Assembly: GCA_963782715.1 (NCBI GenBank) | Contig: CAWAKU010000008.1 | Span: 279,526 to 343,525 of the forward strand | DNA length: 64,000 nucleotides | DNA from: an uncultured Chloroflexia bacterium | Lineage (GTDB): Bacteria; Chloroflexota; Limnocylindria; Limnocylindrales; CSP1-4 | Direction of reading: 5' to 3' | In this document: positions 26,058 to 35,259 of the stretch, piece by piece | Numbering within the stretch: the first letter of the stretch is position 1 | Layout of the letters: every line of letters begins with the position of its first letter | The notes under the pieces: model-generated | Database searches by the model: none | What the model was told of the DNA's origin: nothing | Seen by the model: the letters and a program-made list of their open reading frames with translations, nothing else | Position numbers and translations under genes: made by a program

Positions 26058-26331
26058 GTCGGTCTCCTTCGGGGCAGTCCCTGTGTCGACGCATCTTGCC
26101 CGACGCTGGCTCCCGGTGCATCGGTGCGCTCCCCCGGATTGCCCCGGGTCAGTGGCCGGATGGTCAGGGTCGCCATCAGGCGCCTCCCGAGTGATACTCG
26201 GACGGACCCCCAGGGCTGCGTCGAACCATCGACGCACGAGAGCCGCCGCACCCCAGCGGCCGGCCACAGACCACCGTTCGCCGCGCTCGTCGTGGCGTTC
26301 CGGCAGGGAGGAGAGACCGTTGCAGGTCCCC

Positions 26332-27168
26332 ATGAACGGCGCCCAGCGGGCGTCTGGCCATCGCTCCATCCGATTCGCGGCGCTCGCGATCCTCACCCTC
26401 ACCGTCGCATTCGGCGGGTTCGCCGCCAGGCCCGCTGCCACCGATGCCGCCGCCTCGGTCAAGGTCGTCATCGTCGTCGGCCCGGTCGAGAGCAGCACGG
26501 CCAAGGACATCTCGCACGCCAGGGAGTACGCGGCACTCGCCCGCTCGCTCGGGGCCTCCGTCACCGAGGTCTACAGCCCCAATGCCACCTTCACCCAGGT
26601 GAAGGCCGCGGCCAAGGGCGCGAACATCTTCGTGTACCTCGGCCACGGCAACGGCTCACCCAGTCCGCATGGCGCCTTCTCGGCGCTGCGCAAGAACGGG
26701 ATGGGCCTCAACAGCTCGGCCGGTCATGGCAACTCGAACGTGAAGTATTGGGGCCAGACCTACATGCGGACGGGCCTCGCGCTCGCGCCGAACTCGGTCG
26801 TCTTGCTCAACCACCTGTGCTACGCCTCGGGCAATTCCGAGGCCGGTCGACCCGACCCATCGAGATCGGTCGCGATGCAGCGGGCCGACGGCTACGGGAC
26901 CGGCTTCCTGCGCACCGGCGCCAAGGCGATGTTCGCGAACGGCAGCGGCAGCCTGTCGTCGATCATCACGGACCTCCTGACGACCGACAAGACGGTCGGG
27001 CAGATCTTCCAGGACGATCGGTCGTTCAACGGCGAGCGTGACTTCCAGTTCGCCTCGAAGCACACGCCCGGTTCGACCGTGTGGCTGGATCCGAAGGCGC
27101 CGGGTCGCTACTACCACGCGGTCAGTGGCAGGCTGACCCTGACCGCCACGCAGGTCCGAGGCGGCTGA
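26332..27168 (+). CDS. secreted protein, possible clan-CD (caspase/gingipain-like) cysteine peptidase
   Basis: Signal peptide after RBS gggaggagag. Beta-strand-GHG (IFVYLGHGNG) followed 47 aa later by beta-strand-HLC (VVLLNHLCYASG), the His/Cys dyad arrangement of clan CD. The peptidase call is inference. Confidence 0.55.
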   Translation: MNGAQRASGHRSIRFAALAILTLTVAFGGFAARPAATDAAASVKVVIVVGPVESSTAKDISHAREYAALARSLGASVTEVYSPNATFTQVKAAAKGANIFVYLGHGNGSPSPHGAFSALRKNGMGLNSSAGHGNSNVKYWGQTYMRTGLALAPNSVVLLNHLCYASGNSEAGRPDPSRSVAMQRADGYGTGFLRTGAKAMFANGSGSLSSIITDLLTTDKTVGQIFQDDRSFNGERDFQFASKHTPGSTVWLDPKAPGRYYHAVSGRLTLTATQVRGG

Positions 27169-27175
27169 CCGCCCC

Positions 27176-27631
27176 TCAGATCCGGCGGTCGCGTTCGATC
27201 GCGACCGCCGCCAGGTCCGCCACGGCCTCGAGGACGGGCCGGGCGTCGGCGTCGATCGGCCGGTCGTAGGCGAGCGCCAGGACGCCAACGACGCGGTCGG
27301 CCCCGTCCCGTCGGACGATCAGGGGCAGATGACTCCGAAGGGCCGGGCCACCCGGGTTCAGGGGCGCGACGTCGTACGTGGCGACCGGTGATCGGAAGGT
27401 CCGGACGATGGGATGACCCGGGTCTCGCATCGCCGCGGTGAGGCCGTTCGCGGCGGCGTCACCAAGGCCGATCGAGGCCGCGATCTCGAGACCGTCGGAC
27501 GATCCGCCGGGAACGATGACCGCGGCGGAGCCGATATCCAGCGGCGCGGCGATCGCACCGAGGATCGCCCTGAGCGTCGCGGCAAGACCGTCCTCTCGAG
27601 CCAGCGCCCGGGCGCAATCGACAAGGATCAT
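27176..27631 (-). CDS. GAF domain protein
   Basis: 151 aa with GAF-like topology, ending in a conserved VLALAYDRP-like segment. Confidence 0.65.
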   Translation of the reverse strand: MILVDCARALAREDGLAATLRAILGAIAAPLDIGSAAVIVPGGSSDGLEIAASIGLGDAAANGLTAAMRDPGHPIVRTFRSPVATYDVAPLNPGGPALRSHLPLIVRRDGADRVVGVLALAYDRPIDADARPVLEAVADLAAVAIERDRRI

Positions 27632-27800
27632 CCGCTGACCTCGTGATCCAGGCCACCTCGAGCGTTCGAGCGGGCACCGGTGTCTCGAGTATGCGCCCCA
27701 TCCCTGCGGCCGTCCGCCGCCCTCTTGGTCGCCAGGAGACGCCGATGTAGAGTGCGCGCCAACCGGCGCCAGCCGTCGTTGACGAGGCCGCTCGAGCCCG

Positions 27801-28472
27801 ATGAAGCGCGACGATCCCGCCTATAAGGGGCAGCGCGATTACAGCCGCGGATTCCTCGTCATCTACGACGCCTGGGTCCTTGGAGTCGCGGCACGGGCGA
27901 TCTGGCGTTGTCCGACGCCGCGGCTGGTCGAAGGCTATCGGCGGCACATCCGCGATCGACACCTCGACGTCGGGCCGGGGACGGGCTACTTCGTCCAGAA
28001 GTCCGGTCTTGGCAAAGGCAGTCGCGTGACACTCGTCGACCCGAACCGGAGCGTCCTGGCGCACGCTTCGAAGCGGCTCCGGACGTTCGACGTGACGGCC
28101 GTGGAAGCCGACGTCCTCAAGCCGCTGCCCGTCGACGGACCGTTCGACTCTGCGGCGCTCCACATGGTCCTCCACTGCCTGCCGGGACCCATGTCGCGCA
28201 AGGCCGCAGCGGTGGCCAACATCGCGGCGACCCTGGCACCGGATGGCGTCTTCTTCGGCGCCACGGTCCTCGGCAGGTCCGGGCCGCAGACCCGCCTGTC
28301 GCGGCAGGTGCTGGCTGCCTTCAACCGGCAGGGCGGCTTTGACAACCTCGATGACTCGGTCGATGGCCTGCGCGAGATCCTGGCGGCCTCATTCGAGCAT
28401 CAGGCAATCGAGATCGTGGGCTCGGTCGCGCTCTTCTCCGCAACGGCTCCGCGGGGGAGCCCGTCAGGCTGA
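27801..28472 (+). CDS. class I SAM-dependent methyltransferase
   Basis: Motif I LDVGPGTGYF, post-I acidic residue TLVDPN, motif II/III region. Confidence 0.75.
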   Translation: MKRDDPAYKGQRDYSRGFLVIYDAWVLGVAARAIWRCPTPRLVEGYRRHIRDRHLDVGPGTGYFVQKSGLGKGSRVTLVDPNRSVLAHASKRLRTFDVTAVEADVLKPLPVDGPFDSAALHMVLHCLPGPMSRKAAAVANIAATLAPDGVFFGATVLGRSGPQTRLSRQVLAAFNRQGGFDNLDDSVDGLREILAASFEHQAIEIVGSVALFSATAPRGSPSG

Positions 28473-28476
28473 CGGG

Positions 28477-29028
28477 TCAGGAACCAGCGGGAACGGGCTC
28501 GAGTTCGTCGGCGATCCCATCCGCCCACGCCTCGATGGCGGCCCAATCGCGGAAGTCTCCCGACGGGATCGCATCCTTGGCGGCCGCCGGCAGATGCCGG
28601 GCGAACCGCTCGGCCCAGCCGATCGGCGGGGCGTCGACGTCATACGCGCCGAAGAAGATCCGTTCACCGCGCGGCTGGATCGTGGTCCGCATCTCGGCGA
28701 ACTCCTTGGGCTCGGAGGTGACCATCACGTCGCGCCCCTTGGAGTCGACCAGATCCGTGCCGACCGGACCGCTGCTGAAGATCCAGGTGGGATGCGTGGC
28801 CAGCGCGACGTGGTTGCGCTTGACGAAGTCCCGGGCATCACCCAGCCAGTGGGTCAGATAGGCCGCACTGCCGACCACGTATGCGTCGTAGCCCTTCGCG
28901 TCGTGCACGTCCTTCGCCGGTATGGCCTCGGCGTCGAAGCCGGCCTGGCGCAACCGACCGGCGATCCGCTCGGCGATACCCTTCGTGGCGCCGTGACGGG
29001 TGGCATAGGCAACAAGAACGGACATGGC
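28477..29028 (-). CDS. flavodoxin-like domain protein (HemG/flavodoxin family)
   Basis: Begins MSVLVAYATRHGATKGIAE, the flavodoxin FMN-loop signature. About 183 aa. Confidence 0.75.
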   Translation of the reverse strand, partial: AMSVLVAYATRHGATKGIAERIAGRLRQAGFDAEAIPAKDVHDAKGYDAYVVGSAAYLTHWLGDARDFVKRNHVALATHPTWIFSSGPVGTDLVDSKGRDVMVTSEPKEFAEMRTTIQPRGERIFFGAYDVDAPPIGWAERFARHLPAAAKDAIPSGDFRDWAAIEAWADGIADELEPVPAGS

Positions 29029-29127
29029 ACACCTCCAGATGATCGAGCCCGCCATGGAGGATGTGCGCGCGACGCGGATGCGCCAAGAGCCGAACGTCCC
29101 GTTGCGCGCCCGGGTACGGTAGACGCG

Positions 29128-29463
29128 ATGCACGACGAAACGCCCGCAGCCCGACCGCCGACGCCCAAGGCAGATGCACCGCCCCTGCCCACCGAGGCCG
29201 AGCTGTCGCGGATCGCACGCGAGGCCGTTCATCAGCCGCCCGACGCGCGGCTGGACAAGCAGCTCGCCCGGATGGGCCTGCTGGACGATGCCGGGCCCGC
29301 CGGACCTCAGCCAGGGGCGCCGACGAGCGGTGGGGTCGCGATCGACCCGGAACTCGACCGCCTCCGCGACCAGCTCCGCCGCGCCCGGCTGTACGAGTGG
29401 CTGCTCGTCGGCGTCATCGTGGTGCTCACGATCGTCGTCGTGGTGTTGCTGCTCGCCCGCTGA
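29128..29463 (+). CDS. hypothetical C-terminally membrane-anchored protein
   Basis: 111 aa with a Pro/Ala-rich N-terminus and a C-terminal TM (LLVGVIVVLTIVVVVLLLA). Confidence 0.4.
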   Translation: MHDETPAARPPTPKADAPPLPTEAELSRIAREAVHQPPDARLDKQLARMGLLDDAGPAGPQPGAPTSGGVAIDPELDRLRDQLRRARLYEWLLVGVIVVLTIVVVVLLLAR

Positions 29464-29470
29464 GGCGGAC

Positions 29471-31588
29471 CTACAGGACGGGCAGCTGCCGTTCCGCCGG
29501 CACCGAGGCGATCCGCGCGGCCAGGACCTCGCTGATGTCCATCGCGGTCACGCTCGTGCCGCCCTCGACTCCGGCCAGCCCGTCGGACATCATGACCATG
29601 CAGAACGGGCATGACGTGGCGACCGTCTCGGCGCCAGTGGCCAGTACCTGCGCCGTCCGGTTCTCGTTGATGCGCGTCCCGCGCGTCTCCTCCATCCACA
29701 TGCGACCGCCACCGGCGCCGCAGCAGAACGTGTTCTTGCCCGACTTCGCCATCTCGGTGATGGACACACCGGCCGCCCCGAGGACGTCCCGTGGCGCTGC
29801 GATGACGTTGTTGTATCGGGCGAGATAGCACGAGTCGTGGACGGTGACGCTGCCCGGTCGGTGGTCGCCGGTCTCGGACTCGGCGTCCGCCGGGACCGTG
29901 GCCAACCGGCCCGACGACACGAGACCGGCCAGGAACGTCGAGTGATGGACGATCTTGTAGGTCCCGCCCAGCTGGCCGTACTCGTTGCCGATGGTGTTGA
30001 AGCAATGGGGGCACGCGGTCACGATCGTCCGCTCGCGCATCCCGTACCGGTCGAGCGTCTCGACGTTGCCCATGGCCAGCATCTGGAAGACGTAGTCGTT
30101 GCCCATCCGGCGCGCCGGATCGCCGGTGCACGACTCCTCCTGGCCGAGGACGGCGAAGCGCACGCCTGCGGCGTGGAGGCAGGTCGCGACCGCCCGGGCG
30201 ACCTTCTGGTTGCGCGTATCGAACGCCGCCGCACAGCCGACCCAATAGAGCACGTCGAGCTCGCCCAGCCGCCCGTCGGCTGCCATCTCGGCGACCGTCG
30301 GGACCTCGAACGCGAGCGGCCTGGTCCAGTCCAGCCTCGATGACGCCGGCTGGCCCCATGGGTTGCCCTGGTTCTCCATCGAGCGGAACGCGTTGGTCAG
30401 CTCGTTCGGGAAGCGCGATTCCTCGAGGACGAGGTTGCGCCGCAGCCCGACGATCTTGTCGACGTGCTCGATGAGCACTGGGCACGCCTCGACGCATGCT
30501 CCACAGGTCACGCAATCCCACACAGCGTCATACGAGATCGCATCGTCGACGATCGGCATGGCCAGCAGCTTGGTCGAGACGGTCGTGTCGTCGAGGCCGT
30601 AGGTGTCGCGCACGATCGGTGAGTTCGGGATGATGTCGATGCCGTGCTCCGCCTCCACCGACATGTGGCGGATGCCCATGATCAGTTCCTTGGGGTTGAG
30701 CGGCTTGCCGGTGTTGTAGGCGGGGCACGCCTCCTGGCAGCGACCGCATTCCGTGCAGGTGAAGCCGTCGAGCAGGTCCTTCCAGCCCAGATCCTGCAGC
30801 GTCTTGAGCCCGAAGGTCGCGTTCTCGTCCTCGAGGTCGAGCTTGGGCAGCTCGCCCCGCGGCGCGAGCTTGCGGAAGTAGATGTTCGGGAAGGCGGTGG
30901 CGATGTGGAGATGCTTGCTGAACGGCAGGTAGCACAGGAACGCCGCGACGAGCGCGATGTGGCCCCACCACAGGATGGCGAAGCCGGCGTCGAGGATCGC
31001 CGGCGAGAGGTTGGTCAGCGGGACGGCCAGGGCGTTCGCGACGAAGGCGCCCGGGATGTCGCCGTGTGCCGCGACGTCGAAGACCTGCGCGAACAGCTCC
31101 GTGGCGACCACGCCACCGATCATCGCCAGGATGATCAGGGCATCGCGGTTGAACGTCAGTCGGCGTGGTTTCGAGATCAGGCGACGGTAGAACGCCCAGG
31201 CGATCGAGGCGAGGACCGCGACTGCGACGACGTTCTGCATCGCGCTGATGAGCGTCCACAGCAAGCCGTCGATCGGGATCGACAGCACCCCCTGGATGAT
31301 CCCGCCCGTGACGATGTTGGCCGTGCCGACCGTCAGCAGCACGAAGCCCCAGAAGATGCCCGCGTGCATGACCGCCGCACCCGGGTCCTTGAACATCTTG
31401 ATCTGCAGGAACGCGTACTCGACCAGGCTGACGACGCGAACGGGCACGTTCGCGAACGGGCGCGACGGGCGGGCGACCGCGAAGACGCGGAGATGGCGGG
31501 CCATCGCCAGCAGGAAGAACGCGGCCGAACCCCAGAACACGACGAAAACGAGCGGATAGCCCGGGACCTCGGCGAACGGGGCGAACAT
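29471..31588 (-). CDS. membrane-bound (Fe-S)-binding reductase, NarI-like N-terminal domain fused to HdrD/GlpC-like domain with two CCG motifs
   Basis: Strong RBS aggagg before ATG 31588. Six N-terminal TM helices, two 4Fe-4S Cys clusters (CTECGRCQEACP, CVTCGACVEACP) and CCG domains (CCGAGGG). Confidence 0.85.
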   Translation of the reverse strand: MFAPFAEVPGYPLVFVVFWGSAAFFLLAMARHLRVFAVARPSRPFANVPVRVVSLVEYAFLQIKMFKDPGAAVMHAGIFWGFVLLTVGTANIVTGGIIQGVLSIPIDGLLWTLISAMQNVVAVAVLASIAWAFYRRLISKPRRLTFNRDALIILAMIGGVVATELFAQVFDVAAHGDIPGAFVANALAVPLTNLSPAILDAGFAILWWGHIALVAAFLCYLPFSKHLHIATAFPNIYFRKLAPRGELPKLDLEDENATFGLKTLQDLGWKDLLDGFTCTECGRCQEACPAYNTGKPLNPKELIMGIRHMSVEAEHGIDIIPNSPIVRDTYGLDDTTVSTKLLAMPIVDDAISYDAVWDCVTCGACVEACPVLIEHVDKIVGLRRNLVLEESRFPNELTNAFRSMENQGNPWGQPASSRLDWTRPLAFEVPTVAEMAADGRLGELDVLYWVGCAAAFDTRNQKVARAVATCLHAAGVRFAVLGQEESCTGDPARRMGNDYVFQMLAMGNVETLDRYGMRERTIVTACPHCFNTIGNEYGQLGGTYKIVHHSTFLAGLVSSGRLATVPADAESETGDHRPGSVTVHDSCYLARYNNVIAAPRDVLGAAGVSITEMAKSGKNTFCCGAGGGRMWMEETRGTRINENRTAQVLATGAETVATSCPFCMVMMSDGLAGVEGGTSVTAMDISEVLAARIASVPAERQLPVL

Positions 31589-31592
31589 CGGG

Positions 31593-32114
31593 CTAGCTTC
31601 CCTCCTCCTGGCCTCCGTCGGCCGTGATCGCGTGATCGTACGGTCCCGCGAGGGTGTCGAGAGCGTGATCCAGCACGGGCACGATCGCCTCGAGCGATTC
31701 GAGGGCGCCCTTCGGACTGCCGGGCAGGTTGACGATGAGCGCCCGGCCGCGGACCCCAACGACCGCCCGCGACAGGTCGGCCAGCGGTGTCATGGCGCGA
31801 CCGGCCGCGCGCATCGCTTCGGCAAGGCCGGGAACCTCGTAGTCGATGACAGCCTGCGTCGCCTGCGGGGTGATGTCGCGGGGGGTCAGGCCTGTCCCGC
31901 CGGTCGTGACGACCAGGTCATGGCCATCGGTCCCTTCCACCAGGGCATCCTCGATGGCCCACTGCTCGTCGGGCAGCAGACGACGGTCGACCCGGAAACC
32001 GAGGGCGACGAGGCGCTCCTCGACCCTGGCGCCCGAGGTGTCCTCGCGAACGCCGGCGGCGGCGCCATCGGAGGCGGTGATGACCAGGGCCGAACGCGGA
32101 CCGCGGTCGGTCAT
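31593..32114 (-). CDS. mog: molybdenum cofactor biosynthesis protein MogA/MoaB family
   Basis: ALVITASD...GEDTSG...VVTTGGTG motifs. 5 nt upstream of the Fe-S reductase gene. Confidence 0.8.
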   Translation of the reverse strand: MTDRGPRSALVITASDGAAAGVREDTSGARVEERLVALGFRVDRRLLPDEQWAIEDALVEGTDGHDLVVTTGGTGLTPRDITPQATQAVIDYEVPGLAEAMRAAGRAMTPLADLSRAVVGVRGRALIVNLPGSPKGALESLEAIVPVLDHALDTLAGPYDHAITADGGQEEGS

Positions 32115-32121
32115 CGGTCGC

Positions 32122-32715
32122 TCACCCGGCGCCCTTGCGCTTGGGGCCGACGCGACCGGCGACGCGTGCACCCGGACGCGGCTTGGGTCGCTGCGGGGCG
32201 GAGTCCGGCGGCGCCTGGCGGGTCCACGTCCCGCTCTTGCCGCCGGTCTTCGAGACGAGCCGGACAGCCTGGATCTCCACGCCGCGCTCGACGCCCTTGA
32301 CCATGTCGTAGATCGTCAGGGCCGCCACCGACGCGGCCGTCATGGCCTCCATCTCGACGCCGGTCTGGCCGGTGGTCGCGGCCTCGGCGCGGATGCGCAG
32401 GACGCCGGCGGCACGGTCCGGGGTGATGGCCACGACCAGGTCGGTCAACGCGAGCGGGTGGCACAGCGGGATGAGCTCGCTCGTGCGCTTGCCGCCCATC
32501 ACGCCGGCCAGCTCCGCGACACCGAGCACGTCGCCTTTCGTCCCGCCACCGTCGATGACGAGGCTCATGGTCTCGGGCGACACCGCGACGGCCGCCTCCG
32601 CCACGGCCCGCCGTGCGGTCACGGGCTTGTCCGACACGTCCACCATGCGCGGTCGGCCGGCTCGATCCATGTGCGAGAGCCGTCGCCGTTCGGCGCGGGG
32701 CTGGGGTCGTTCCAT
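32122..32715 (-). CDS. moaC: cyclic pyranopterin monophosphate synthase MoaC, with Lys/Arg-rich C-terminal extension
   Basis: RMVDVSDKPVT and IPLCHPL motifs. RBS ggagga. About 40 extra basic residues at the C-terminus. Confidence 0.85.
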   Translation of the reverse strand: MERPQPRAERRRLSHMDRAGRPRMVDVSDKPVTARRAVAEAAVAVSPETMSLVIDGGGTKGDVLGVAELAGVMGGKRTSELIPLCHPLALTDLVVAITPDRAAGVLRIRAEAATTGQTGVEMEAMTAASVAALTIYDMVKGVERGVEIQAVRLVSKTGGKSGTWTRQAPPDSAPQRPKPRPGARVAGRVGPKRKGAG

Positions 32716-32764
32716 CGGTCCTCCGGGGTCGGGAGTCGGGTCGGCGATCAGACGCTGGTGACCA

Positions 32765-34099
32765 TCATGCCCGGTCGAGCCACCACAGTGCGACCTCGGC
32801 GCCGGCCGGGAGGCTGTCATCGGCCTCCGGGATCACCGCGAGAGCATCGGCGGCGGCCAGGGCGGAGATGACGTGACTCCCCTGCCCTCCCGCCAGATGG
32901 ACGGCCACGCGGCCGCGGGCATCGCGCACCGGGGCGCCTGTGTCGTCGAGGTCCGCGACGACACGGATGAATGCGCGGCGGCCCTGGCTCTTGCTGACGG
33001 ATTCGCCGAGCACGGCACGATCGACCGGGCGGAGGAGGTCATGGCGGCCCGCGAGCGCGCGGATGGCCGGGCGGACGAAGAGCTCGAACGTGACCGCGGA
33101 CGAGACGGGATTGCCGGGCAGGCCGAACAGGAGGACGGGCACTCCGCCACCGGGCCGTGGCGCTGTCCCGAACGCGAACGGCTTGCCGGGTTGGACGGCG
33201 ACCCGCCAGAGGTCGATGCGGCCGATGGTCTCGATCGCGGTCTTGACGACGTCGTACGGTCCGACCGATACGCCACCTGAAACGATGATCGCGTCGGCGC
33301 CGGCCGCAAGGCCATCGCGGAGGCGCTCGAGCACGTCATCGAGGTGGTCGGCCGCGATCCCGAGATCAAGCGGCTGGCCGCCTGCGGCCGTCACGAGCGC
33401 CCGGAGGCCGGGCCCGTTCGCGTCGGGGATCCCAGCAGGCCCGAGGACCTCGCCCGGCGCGCGCACCTCGTCGCCGGTTGCCAGGACGGCGATGCGCGGC
33501 CGCCGGTGGACCAGGATGCGGTCCGCGCCGGCGCCCGCGACCAGGGTCACCGCCGCGGCGGTGAGGGCAATTCCCGGCTGCACCAGGACCGCCCCGGCTT
33601 CCAGGTCGCTGCCGGCCGTGCGGATGGAGTCGCCACGATCAACAGGTTCATGGACCAGACACGCGGCGGCGACAGGCCCGGTCGCATCGCGGCCACGTGG
33701 GCCGGGCCGGCCGTCGGCGTCCAGCGGCGTCGTGGCCTCGACCGGGATGACGGCATCGGCCCCGTCCGGGAGTCGAGCGCCGGTGGCGATCCGCGCCGCC
33801 GTGCCCGCGACGATCGCGACCGTGGGAGCGGCTCCGGCGGCGATGTCACCGATGACCCGCAGTTCGACCGGTCGATCGTCGGACGCGGTGACCGTGTCGG
33901 CGGCGAGGATCGCGTATCCGTCCATCGCCGAATTCGGCCAGGGCGGGAGGGACACCCGTGCCTTGACCGTTTCCCCGACCACGCGGCCGAGGGCATCTGC
34001 CGCGGCGACCTGTTCGGTCCCGACCGGTTCGGCGACGGCCAGGACCGCGTCCCGGGCCTGCTCGACGCTCAGGAGCTTCGATGGCGCCGCGGCACTCAC
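32765..34099 (-). CDS. moeA: molybdopterin molybdotransferase MoeA
   Basis: LLSVEQARDAVL start region and the SAMDGYAI motif. A GTG start at 34097-34099 is chosen from frame analysis. Confidence 0.8.
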   Translation of the reverse strand: MSAAAPSKLLSVEQARDAVLAVAEPVGTEQVAAADALGRVVGETVKARVSLPPWPNSAMDGYAILAADTVTASDDRPVELRVIGDIAAGAAPTVAIVAGTAARIATGARLPDGADAVIPVEATTPLDADGRPGPRGRDATGPVAAACLVHEPVDRGDSIRTAGSDLEAGAVLVQPGIALTAAAVTLVAGAGADRILVHRRPRIAVLATGDEVRAPGEVLGPAGIPDANGPGLRALVTAAGGQPLDLGIAADHLDDVLERLRDGLAAGADAIIVSGGVSVGPYDVVKTAIETIGRIDLWRVAVQPGKPFAFGTAPRPGGGVPVLLFGLPGNPVSSAVTFELFVRPAIRALAGRHDLLRPVDRAVLGESVSKSQGRRAFIRVVADLDDTGAPVRDARGRVAVHLAGGQGSHVISALAAADALAVIPEADDSLPAGAEVALWWLDRA

Positions 34100-34788
34100 G
34101 ATCCGGGCTCCGGCACCGCGGCGAGGTCCGGCGCGTGCTCGACAGCGACGGTCCGGGCTGCACGTCGCCCCGCCACGAAGGCGACGATCAGGGCGATCGC
34201 GATGATCACTGCCCCGACCGCCATCGCCGTCTCGTCCCAGAAGGCGAACGGGAAGAGCTGGACCAGTCGGTCGGTCGCGGGATCGAACAGGTACGACCCG
34301 GCCGGAAAGAAGATCTCGTGGAAGACGCTGAACAACTGGTCGAACGCGACGAGCCCGACGACCCCGAGGACCAGCGTGCCGACCGTGAGCCCGAGCGCGC
34401 CGCCCCGGACCGCCCGCCACGTCCGCGCACGATCACGCCGACGAGCGGCGGCGACGAGCACGACGAGCGAAACCAGGGCAAGGATCCATAGCCCTCGGAA
34501 GACCGTCCGGACATCGGCCATGTGGGTCTGCTCGCGCTCCTTCAGGACGGGCGTCCCGTCGATCCGGACGGAGAAGTCGCCGCCGAACGCGAGGTCGGAC
34601 AGGATCGCGTCGGTAGCGGTCCGCAACTGTCCCGTGCTGAACCCGGTCCACGCCGTCGCCTGGGCGCGGCCCTGCTCGAAGGCGACCCACTGGGGCGTCA
34701 GGAACGGCAGGATGCCGATGGCGACGATGACGATCGCGGTCGCGATGGCGGTGAGAAGGGATGCGGCCCGTCCCGCGGCGGAGTTCAC
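34096..34788 (-). CDS. integral membrane protein (TIGR01906/DUF1461-like)
   Basis: Four TM helices with an FAFWDET motif. 4-nt overlap with the moeA start. Confidence 0.6.
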   Translation of the reverse strand: MNSAAGRAASLLTAIATAIVIVAIGILPFLTPQWVAFEQGRAQATAWTGFSTGQLRTATDAILSDLAFGGDFSVRIDGTPVLKEREQTHMADVRTVFRGLWILALVSLVVLVAAARRRDRARTWRAVRGGALGLTVGTLVLGVVGLVAFDQLFSVFHEIFFPAGSYLFDPATDRLVQLFPFAFWDETAMAVGAVIIAIALIVAFVAGRRAARTVAVEHAPDLAAVPEPGS

Positions 34789-34819
34789 GGGCCAATCCTA
34801 GCCCGTCGAGGCTCGGAGG

Positions 34820-35209
34820 CTATTCGTCCTCGAGGGTCTTCGCCTGATCCCACCAGCCCTCGAGGGTCAGGTCCGTCGGCGGCTCCATCGCGATCTCGCC
34901 TGCAGCGCGTCGGACGCGCGAGCTGAACGTCGGCAGGTCGAGTTCGAGGATGTCGTGCAGACCCTCGATCCGGGCCTGGATCATCAGCTGGTGCTCGTCC
35001 GGCCCGAAGCCCGCGAGGTTGAGCATCAGCGCCTCGTCACGCCACATCAGGACGTCGGTCGTGTCGGCGGCGACCTGGTCGGCCAGCGTCTGGCGTCGGG
35101 TCGGCGTCTCGGACCGCTCCAGGAGAAGGCCCGTCGTGAAGATGCCCTGGCGGTCGAGTCGATCGAGATGGGCGGGCTCGATACGGGTCAGTTCGTCGAT
35201 CGGTGGCAT
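34820..35209 (-). CDS. DUF4332-like domain protein
   Basis: 129-aa acidic protein (IEGLHDILELDLPTF). Confidence 0.5.
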   Translation of the reverse strand: MPPIDELTRIEPAHLDRLDRQGIFTTGLLLERSETPTRRQTLADQVAADTTDVLMWRDEALMLNLAGFGPDEHQLMIQARIEGLHDILELDLPTFSSRVRRAAGEIAMEPPTDLTLEGWWDQAKTLEDE

Positions 35210-35259
35210 GTGCGGATGATGCCACGCCCGTCGGTCACGCGGGGCTGTGTGCCCGATGG

